A DNA stretch of 64,000 nucleotides from Eledone cirrhosa. Its lineage: Eukaryota. Of this stretch, positions 53,821-64,000 are shown in pieces. A program made the translations under genes and the position numbers. Location: NCBI GenBank assembly GCA_964016885.1, contig OZ024740.1, positions 81,840,001-81,904,000 on the forward strand, given 5' to 3'. The first letter of the stretch is position 1; the number at the start of each line of letters is the position of its first letter. The notes under the pieces were generated by a model, which made no database searches, was not told the DNA's origin, and worked only from the letters and a program-made list of their open reading frames with translations.

Positions 53821-55275
53821 ACACGGCAGTGCTGTCAGGCGGACCTGCCCGAAATGCGCACAGAGCGACGAAACCGTTCTGCACGCACTCGTTCAGTGTC
53901 CGTGCATTACTGACTCTGAGGAGTTATTTAGAACAGCTGTTGTCACCTGTAGAACTGGTCCGGTTATAGACCGAGTCCATTGAAGATCGACCAGCCGCCT
54001 TCTTTGGGCCGGGTAAGGCAGACAATTTCCCTGTCTGGTGACGGTAGCGAAAGAGGTTGTAAGATGGGCCAGGTTGAAAGGACTTTTCTCCTCGGCCAAT
54101 CCCTCATGAACTCTTTCAAGTTTCCCTTGGAAACGAAGAAGAGGGTGGAGAGACAATTGCTTGCTAAAAGGAGGGGGAATGTGGCGAGAATGGCCGTGTG
54201 AATGGGCCTACTCTGATCATGCACATATAGGGTGGTTGATTTGAGGAAGAGAGAGGGCTGCCCTTGAAACGTCGGATGGTTCAGGATTGTTAGGTTACTT
54301 GAGACGACCTTTGGTGGTCATCCACCCTATTGCGGAATTTTCATTGTTTTATTTTTATTGGTATTCTCTTATTGTCATTCTCTTACTGTTTACACGTATT
54401 TATGTATGTAAAACCGCCAATGTCTTTTTGTATTGTCCCCTATATGTGGGCCCTCGTGGCCATTAAGCAAATTATTATTTTCCAGATGCTCATCGCCGCT
54501 CTTAAAAAATACAAAACGGTGACAGGGCAAAGATAAACCAGGAAAAGTCGGCGGGCTTGCAGCTCAGCATCTGGAGACAAGTCAATATCGTGCGACAGCG
54601 TCAAGGGGCGCTGGGAGGAAAGGTTAAATTGTTCGGGGTCTGGTTCGGACCGAACCTCCAGATGGAGAAAAAACTGGAGCAGGTGACGAGCAGGTTGGCC
54701 TCTCTCACGAGAAATGTTCCGAGGGGAAGCTGTCCCTGAAAGGTCGGGTACAGGTGGGGAATGCGTTCATCGCATCCGTCATCTTTAACCGCCTGACCAT
54801 TGTGCCTTGCCCCGGCCCAACCCTGACCAAAATGGAGAGCGTCCTCTTCCGATTTTTGTGGAAGGGACGTACTCCCATGGTCAGACGTCCCATCTGCTGT
54901 CAGCAATCGTTGCATGGAGAGACTGGGCATGCCGCGGCTGATGATGCGCAAACATGCGCTGGGGCTGTGACATCACTTCCTTGACGGTGAACAGGTGTGG
55001 CCACTGTTTGCCAGACGCATTTTTACCCAGCTCGTCTCATTGATGGAGCTGCAGTCCTGGATCTGGAAAAGACCGAGGGATAGTGCTTGGAAGCTGGAAT
55101 GTCATCAAAAGATCATCACCTTCAACCAGCTGGGCACTAGTATAGAGGACTAGTGGAGGAGAAGAGCGATGACGCTGTCTGGAAGACGCTGGGCGTCGAA
55201 GACTATCAGCTGCTTGCTCTCTTCAAGAGAACATTCAGGCGGGGGTCTTGGACAACTTCCAGAAATCCCTGGCCT
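53821..55275 (+). pseudogene. L1/Tx1-like LINE ORF2 relics (two pieces)
   Basis: GC-richer segment with post-RT peptides YKTVTG..IN..KS, KLFGVWFG, NAFIAS..LFRFLWKG and RPICCQ. A 3'-UTR-like tail lies near 54330-54480. Confidence 0.7.
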
Positions 55276-55280
55276 ACTTC

Positions 55281-55360
55281 TACGGGGTCGATAAAATGAA
55301 GTACCAGTAAAGCACTGGGCAATTGCTGCCTTGCGCCAAAAAGTAGAAACAATTATTATT
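55281..55360 (+). mobile_element. SINE family A, 3' half
   Basis: TACGGGGTCGATAAAATGAAGTACCAG..AAGTAGAAACAATTATT. Confidence 0.75.
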
Positions 55361-55782
55361 AGTAGTAGTAGTAGTAGTAATAGTTGTTATGGTAGAAGTA
55401 GTAGAAAAGTAAAAAAAAAATCTCTCGAAGGAAAGGAAGTTTGCCATCATAGTATTCCTTGAAAAAAAAATAGCTGTAGCATTAGCAGCAGTGCCCCTCT
55501 AAACCATGTTTTGTTATATCTTCTATGGGCGTCTCCTTAATAACTGCTATAACATTCTATAGATAATTATAGTTGCAAAACAAAGGATGCCGTACGGTCA
55601 AATTAATAGTTTTGTAATTGCATCTAATATTAGGTTCATCGCTGCATAATTGTACACTATTGACAATATTTCTAATTAACTTCATTCCTGAGTCTTATCT
55701 AGATGGTAACCTTATTTGTTAAGTAAACGCACATGCATACATATGTAGAGTGATACAATCACTCCCCTCTCTCTCTCTCACT

Positions 55783-55903
<121 letters not shown>

Positions 55904-56002
55904 GTAATATATATAGTAATAATAATACATTTGAAGACTAAAATCCAAAGAGGGCTCGATAAGGATAAATATATATCAAATATATAAGAACCGTAGAGCA
56001 AA

Positions 56003-57810
56003 TATTTATTAAAATAACAGATTAAAGTTTAAGCAAAGAATCGCTGCTTTCACCCTTAACGGGATGTTCTGAAACTAAAAAGTCAACCTGTGAACGCAGA
56101 ATTAAATATTTCGAAAAGTGTTGCAACCGAAGGAAGACAGGAAGACGATTCTTTGGTTCGTGGAAACGTTCCCTGGCAAGGAACGAAAAGAAAACGAAGA
56201 TAATACGTCATTATTTGGACCGTTGAAAACAATTACACGCAAAGACAAAACCACGTTTATGGTATAACTGAAGTCGTAGACTAATATTCTATTAGCTGGT
56301 TCGAGGAGACGTTCTCTGGCAATGAACGGAAAAAACGTAGATAATACGTCATTATTTGGAGCGGTGAGAACATTACACGCAAAGATAAAACCACGATTAT
56401 GGTATGACTGAAGTCGTAGACTAAAATTCTATTTAGGAAACCGAATGATTCTCGGCTTCAGAGTTAAAAATAATGTAAATAGATTACAGAGGTAATTGAA
56501 ATCAACAAAAATTAAATATATACATGCACACATCCATATACGTACATACACATGCATAAGCGAACACTCCCGCCATGTGTATGCAAATACAAGCACGCAC
56601 GCAAAAAAACAAAACGCACAACACAAAAAACACGCACGCACATACAGAACCCACGCAACGCCTGTACCCGCACTCATACGAACGTATACACCAAATACAC
56701 ATAAAAATATATATAAAAAATATAAATATATATGTGTGTTTGTGTGTGCGTATACATATAATTATATAAACGTATATAAATATACACACATAAATACGTA
56801 TATAACGCGCTCACACACATACCTACATGTAAAACACATATGTTCGCTAAACGTACGTCAAGCAAAACAGAAAGTACACATATACACGTACCTTACATAC
56901 GTACGAACCCGCATACTTACACAGACGCAGAACTCAAGTATACACATAACCATATGCTCATGTACCAGTATATATAATATAATATATACGCCTATAACAT
57001 ATACAAGTAAATATACGTACGAGAAAGTATACGTACCTTCACAAAACATACCGGTAATATATACTTACCTATACAAAAAAGTAATGGTATAAACATAAAA
57101 TATAGTTAGCTACCACACCACTACGTAAATCATCCGCGTATAGTTTGTACTATCCGTTAGGGTATAAAAGGGGGCTGTAATACAGGAAATGTTTGGGCAA
57201 TTTATGTTTACAAGCCGAAATTGCCTCAGATATTTTGTTTAAAATGTGGTCATTGGCGTAGAGTATTTCCAGGGTTTCAGCCGCGCAGAGGTCACATGGT
57301 CTTTTATTTCCGTTATATTATATAGCTTCAACTAGGATCTCCCAGTGTAACTTATATTGGATGTGGATGTCTTCTAGACTCCAGATATAAGCTGAAAGTG
57401 ACGTCATATTCCTTCTTAAAGGATTAAGAAAAGTATGGGTGTAAGTGTTCTGAACGCTCCACATAATGACGTATTATCTTCGTTTTTTCCGTTCATTGCC
57501 AGAGAACATCTCCACGAACCACCTAATAGAATATTAGTCTACAACTTCCTTTATACACTAAACGTGGTTTTGTCTTTGCGCGTAATTGTTTTCACCGCTC
57601 GAAATAATGACGTATTATCGTCGTTTTTTTCTGTTCTTTGCCAAGGAACGATTCCACGAACCAAAGTATCGTCTTCCTCTCTTCTTTCAGTTGCAACGTT
57701 TTTCGAAATATTTACTCCTGCGTGTACAGATTGATTTTTTTTAGTTTCAGTAGATCCCGTTAAGGGTGAAAGCAGCGATTCTGTGCTTAAAATTTAATCT
57801 GTTATTTTGT
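56003..57810. mobile_element. fold-back/MITE-like element with ~350-400-bp inverted arms
   Basis: ~56010-56400 is the reverse complement of ~57460-57810. The arms contain a ~140-bp internal duplication (ATAATACGTCATTATTTGGA twice). A fragment of the arm end recurs at ~60650-60750. Confidence 0.65.
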
Positions 57811-57842
57811 TATTTTAATAATATATATATATATTCTTTAAC

Positions 57843-58374
<532 letters not shown>

Positions 58375-58446
58375 AAGAAAAAGGGATGAAATCGAAAATG
58401 CAACTGAAGTCTTATTTTTAAAAAAAATATATATATTTATTTGGTT

Positions 58447-58484
58447 CCTTTACCGGTTTCGCAGTTCTTCTGCTTTTCAAAAGG
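58447..58484 (-). ncRNA. minimal type I hammerhead, U3-A8 variant
   Basis: Minus strand: CCTT-TTGAAAA-GCAG-AAGAA-CTGC-GAAA-CCGG-TA-AAGG. Confidence 0.7.
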
Positions 58485-59532
58485 TGAGTTGAGATGGAGG
58501 GTCTGTGGTTTTTCTCACATCTGGTTGGTCTCGTCTCTAAATGTTACTTGTTTTATATGGAAAAAGTGGCTCGAAAACCAGATTTTTCGAGAAGTAATTT
58601 GATTGGTTTGTCAATAATTATAATAAATTTCGCGCCAGTTCGCGTTACAATAGTTCTTCAAATAAGAGAGGGGGGGGGGGTTGTCACAGGTTGCTTTTTC
58701 ATATATGTGTGTTTGAATTTCTTTTTACTTGAAAAAATGAGGCTCACGAAGGCTTTTTTTGGGTTGGTTATAAATGAAATTTCACTGTCACGTGAACAAG
58801 TTTTCATTACATTTTTGCGCCCTTATTTGGAAAACTATTCTGTAGTCTTTATAGTGAATGTCATGACAATGGAGAGATAGTGGTCAAGGGAAAAGGGATT
58901 GGGAGAAATGTTCTGGTTCAGTGAATATGGCCAGCTGTCAGAGTTCAGGTGTCAGAGTTCAGATTTTCTATTGAGACTGAAGATATGTGTTTATTTGTGT
59001 GCTTGTGTGTGTGTATGTGTGTGTGTGTGTATGTGTGTATTGGAAGATGATTCTATTAGTAGAGATGGGGGAGGGAGTTGTGTGTGTGTGTATATGGGTG
59101 TTATGTGTGTGTGTGCGAGTATGTTAGATAGAGAGAATATATATTTTGTGTGTGTGTGTATATATATATGTGTGTAGGAAAGTGGTTCTATTAGTAGAAA
59201 TGGGGAGGGTGTTGTAGGTGTGGGGGTTGTTATGTGTGTGTATGGGTGTTATGTGTGTGGGAGTATGGTTAGCATGTTAAGATGAAGAGAATATATATAT
59301 ATATATATATTGTGTGTGTGTGTATGTGTGTGTGTAGGAAAATGATTCCTTTAGTAGGAATATTTTTGAATGAACATATTTTTGAAAGAACAAATTTATT
59401 ATAATTATTGACAAACCAATCAAATTACTTCTCGAAAAACCTGGTTTTCGAGCCACTTTTTCCATATAAAACAAGTAACATTTAGAGACCAACCAGATGT
59501 CAGAAAAACCACAGACCCTCCATCTCAACTCA

Positions 59533-59570
59533 CCTTTTGAAAAGCAGAAGAACTGCGAAACCGGTAAAGG
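59533..59570 (+). ncRNA. minimal type I hammerhead, U3-A8 variant
   Basis: CCTT-TTGAAAA-GCAG-AAGAA-CTGC-GAAA-CCGG-TA-AAGG; all three stems pair. Confidence 0.7.
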
Positions 59571-59701
59571 AACCAAATAAATATATATATTTTTAAAAAA
59601 AATAAGACTTCAGTTGCATTTTCGATTTCATCCCTTTTTCTTTATACTTCCACTCGTGTAGGACACCTCGGTTATTTTTCATTTTGTAAAAAAAACCTCA
59701 C

Positions 59702-59803
<102 letters not shown>

Positions 59804-59822
59804 TATATATATATATATATAT

Positions 59823-59854
<32 letters not shown>

Positions 59855-60240
59855 ATATATTATATATATATATATAATTTCTTTAATTTCTTTAGTCAAA
59901 ATACGACGATAACTTACATTTCTAATAATTTCAAACCCCCTCGCTGTTTCGAAAATATTCTTACTTGACATTACAGTCGCTAAGTTTATAGCTTCTAATT
60001 TGAATGGAAAGAGACGTGTGATGTGTTGGTGTAAATAGTAGCACAGTGGTCAGGATAACCAAAGATGTGGGTTCGACTCCCATGTACGTCAATACTCATA
60101 TTTTTCCATTTCTCCGAGGGTTCTTAACCACACTATCAGGCTAAATAATTTATTTAATTTCTTTAGTCAAAATACGGCGATAACTTACATTTCCAATAAT
60201 TTCAAACCCACTCGCTGTTTCGAAAATATTCTTACTATAC

Positions 60241-60274
<34 letters not shown>

Positions 60275-60275
60275 A

Positions 60276-60312
<37 letters not shown>

Positions 60313-60522
60313 CGTTTCTGAACTTGTTTAGCAAGATTCTTTATCTGAAAACGTGTGTTGAAACCGATATTGTTATGCTTTGAGAGGGTTATGTTGCCAA
60401 TAATAAACACACGCACCAGTTGCTTTCACTCCAATTTATTATGAATAAAATTCATAAATTTATAAATTTATAAATTTCCGGTTGGTTGGTTTGTTCCACA
60501 ACCGGACGGTTGTTCATATATT

Positions 60523-60565
60523 GTCAAAGTTCTTTCGTCACACATGCTGTGACCTCTTCAGTGAC
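60523..60565 (-). ncRNA. minimal type I hammerhead
   Basis: Minus strand: GTCA-CTGAAGA-G-GTCACA-GCATG-TGTGAC-GAAA-GAAC-TT-TGAC. Confidence 0.7.
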
Positions 60566-61242
60566 GGGATTCTTTTCTTTGTTTTTGTGCCTCTCCTTTG
60601 TTCTCTCCTACGCCATCTTGTTTTTGTGCGTATATATATATATATTATAAGGACAGTTTAAAGTTTTAGCAAATAATCGCTGCTTTCACTGTTATCGGGA
60701 TCTTCTGAAACTGGTAAAAAAAATCAACCTGTGGACACAGAAGTAAACCTATGAGATATTTAATTATTTAGGTAGATTATCTACTATTACGCACACGTTT
60801 GACAACTATCTAATTCGAAAATAATTGCATAACCAATATTCAAAGGGCCGCATTTTGTATGATAAAAGGATTTCAATTACCATTGTAAATGCAAGTCTGT
60901 AATTTGGTATACTATATGCTTGCATGTTTCATATCTCTCTTCATGTATTAAAGTTTTGTTTGCTTTTTAGATCCAAAGTTTTAGTGGCCAAATCAATAGG
61001 CTGTTCTATATAGATAATTGTTTTCTCGAAAAACGCTGATCCAATTATACTATTTTTGTCGGTAGCACTAAAACAACCTTGTTCAATTTAGGGGTATATA
61101 TAAAATCATTAAACATATGAGAGCATAATATCGATGAAAAACACTTCGCTATGGAAATATGTTTACTCTTTTTGTTCCGTGAACAAGTCTCATTCATTTC
61201 ACTAACCAGAGAGGATATCAGAAAGCTGTTTCAAGATTCATT

Positions 61243-61430
61243 GGCGGATTGGCAGTCTCGGTAGAGGGTCGGACGCCACGGTTTGACGTATAGAGTTACG
61301 GCCCTTGCCATTCTGAGTTCAAATCCCGCCAAGGTTTACTTCGCCTTTCATCCTTACGGGGTAGATAAAATAAAGTACCAGTAATGTACTGGGTAATTAC
61401 TGGCCTTGTGCCAAAAGAAGAAAATTATTA
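61243..61430 (+). mobile_element. SINE family A, full length
   Basis: GGCGGATTGGCAGTCTCGG..GAGTTCAAATCCCGCC..GCCTTTCATCCTTACGGGGTAGATAAAATAAAGTACCAG. Confidence 0.87.
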
Positions 61431-61644
61431 TTTCATCAGTGATTCCTCTGCTACTGGGATAAGAAAACAGGCTGAAGCCAATTTATTGATTTCACGTACT
61501 GAAATAAATTCTTGCTAAAGATGCTCCTTTGCAAAACACTATTATAATAGTTACGGATTTGTGACGAAATACTCATATTATCGCCTTTATTTTGTTAAAG
61601 GTATATGGTTGTATTCTGAAATGCATGGATTATATAATGATTTT

Positions 61645-61853
61645 TAGTATAGGCACAATGCCAGTAATTTGGGGAGAGGAGAAAATGGATTAAATCGACT
61701 CCAGTGCGTGACTAGTGCTTTATTTTATCGACCTCGTAATGATAAAAGGCAAAGTTAACCTCGGCGGGATTTGAAGTTATACCATAAAGGACCGTAACTC
61801 TATGCTGCAAAGCATGGTGCCCGACTCTCTACCGATACTGCCAATCCAGCGCC
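61645..61853 (-). mobile_element. SINE family A
   Basis: Same motifs in reverse orientation. TGCATGGATTATATAAT flanks both sides, a likely target-site duplication. Confidence 0.85.
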
Positions 61854-62344
61854 GTTGCATGGATTATATAATAAAAGGACTTTGCTGCATTTAAGTGGCG
61901 TATATTCATGCAAACGATAGACTATTTGTAGCCTATTTCTTCAAAACAGTAGTTTTCCAATTACTAGATATCTTTGGAAAGGCTTAGCTTGTCCCGTATT
62001 TCAAAAGCTGGAACTTAATTGTCTAGGAAACCATGGTCCAGAAAACCATGTATGAAGCAAGTTCCCTCCTAATAATACATGCATTTTGGGGTTTTGTTTT
62101 ACTCGCTTGTGATTCACGATAACTTTATAAAACAATACTGATGCGTAAATATTTTAGCTTTTGGGATGGATCTGATTTAATTTCTAGATATACAAAGGTA
62201 ATTTACTGCTGATGGTATCTTTGTATTGTTACGTTTTCGTTGTTGTTACCTTTGTTTTATTTGAAATCCAGGAAGCCTCGATTGCACAAACCAACGATCA
62301 AATATATTCCAGTCATAAATATCACGTATTCTTATGCCAGTGTC

Positions 62345-62510
62345 TAGAGCAGCATCAGTCGAGAGTCGGACACCAAGCTTTGCAGCATAGAGTTACGATC
62401 TGAGTTCAAATCCCTCCTCAAATCCTTACGGGGGTCAATAAAATAAAGTACCAGTAACGTACTGGATCGATGTAATCGATTTCCCCTCCCCCTTGTGACT
62501 ATATTAGAAA
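62345..62510 (+). mobile_element. SINE family A, internally deleted
   Basis: GTCGGACACC..CTGAGTTCAAATCCC..CTTACGGGGGTCAATAAAATAAAGTACCAG. Confidence 0.75.
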
Positions 62511-64000
62511 TCACTTTATGTCAGTGTTTTTAACATAGTTTTTAATTAAAAGAAATGTAGTGAAGTTTCTAATAAAGGTTTCTTTGATGTCCCTTTTATT
62601 TACCGACATTTTTTCTGCAAATGAAATTGATTGTATGGTTGCTTTTGTTAAGCAATGTGATGCAATTATAAATTCTCAGGAAAGTGGTTTTAATTGTATA
62701 TAATAGAAATCGACGTTTGATGTTTTATATTTGCTGAAGGATGTTTTATATTTGCAAAAGTTATTTCGTTCAATACAAATAATAATAAATTTGCTATACT
62801 AAATCAAGTATGGTATTGTAAAAATACATGATTTACATATTACTTTAATTGTTATGGTTGAAGTGGCAGCAGGAAATATTTATAATGTTCTCTAACAGAA
62901 TTATCATTAGCTTTGACATCAGCCGGTTAGATTCCAGAAGTCTATTTCTGCATGAGAAAACCTAAGTGGGTTCTATCTGACTGGATTATAGTCTTGTCAG
63001 AACTTGATCAGGAAAGGAATACACATCTTGTGTCCGCTTCAAGATTCGTAACGTAGCTCTACTTAAACGACTCGACTGCAAAGGTCAGTCAAATCTGCGT
63101 AGAAATGCATGCCGTGCCTCATCACTTTTATACTATTTGAAATTTAAGATGTACACCCCTTTCAATAAACAAAAAAGTAAACAACATTTTTATACGGAAG
63201 ATTGTATTGCTTTGTCGACAGAAACAGTGGGATCGCCCTGTGTCAAATAATCAATATTTATCTGTTGACAGACTGGAAATATTATGGTCGTTGTATACGA
63301 AATGGGATCCACTAATCTAGTCAGGATCTGAGTATCCTGATTGTCAACAGTCCAATCAATAGTGCACGGCAGAGTTAAGCTGGAGTTTAGTTGACAAATT
63401 TGCATACATTACAAGTAACTAAAAGATACACATATATCCTTAGACATACATTATATATACTTTCTCTGACACTGCCATATGAAGAATAGAAAGAAGTCAG
63501 ATAGATTCCACTCTTTCCCGGGAAAAGGAATTTGATATAGCAGTTTTATTTACTTTCCTCAGTGAGCCTAAAATGATTGTTTAAAAAAAAAGTGCCTTAA
63601 CATTGAAAGTATATCGAACTTTAGTACAAATCTTCATCCAGAGTTTTAAAATATGACAATTTTAAATACTGAAATCCATGTGTTGCAATGTTCAACATTT
63701 ATATAGAATTTCTAGAACACATCTACATATTTAGAATCCTTCCCTTCCCTTTCTACGATATGCACTTCGAAGGCTATTACGAAATTGATTGAATCTAAAA
63801 CGAAATGTCATTTTATTCAGGATGTTTACTATTTATACATAATAGAGCTATCACAAATTGTATCCTGTCACACGCGTCATATACTATGCATGATCACTAT
63901 TTATGTGATAATCTAATTTACTCGATTAAATGTGTGCTCTGAACATTTGGTTAGGAAGGCTGATAAAATAACTTTGTAGTTAAACGAATCGATTTATTCT

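Noticed and set aside
60038-60085. tRNA gene (TAGCACAGTGG..GGTTCGACTCCC)
   Set aside because: A and B boxes are present but there is no cloverleaf; probably a SINE head fragment.

Overview
AT-rich, repeat-dense eukaryotic DNA, probably from a coleoid cephalopod (inferred from the SINE type and the density of (TA)n/(CA)n tracts). I found no recognisable host gene. The window is dominated by a ~34-kb array (6872-40713) of a 464-469-bp monomer. Each monomer carries a type I hammerhead ribozyme (CTGATGA...GAAA core): 70 copies on the + strand and 2 on the - strand in an inverted block at the left end. It reads as a non-LTR retrozyme or hammerhead satellite. A diverged relative lies at 3331-4152 with the same 466-bp period, the same chain of hairpins with compensatory changes, and the same inverted-then-direct layout. 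Between the two is a 5'-truncated Penelope-like element (PLE) whose 663-aa RT + GIY-YIG ORF is uninterrupted and which carries its own degenerate hammerhead. The rest of the window holds decayed PLEs, about a dozen further intact or degenerate hammerheads (including a U3-A8 covariant pair), tRNA-derived SINEs, an L1/Tx1-like relic, MITE-like elements, long inverted repeats and microsatellites. All structures were read and paired by eye; no folding or database search was run.
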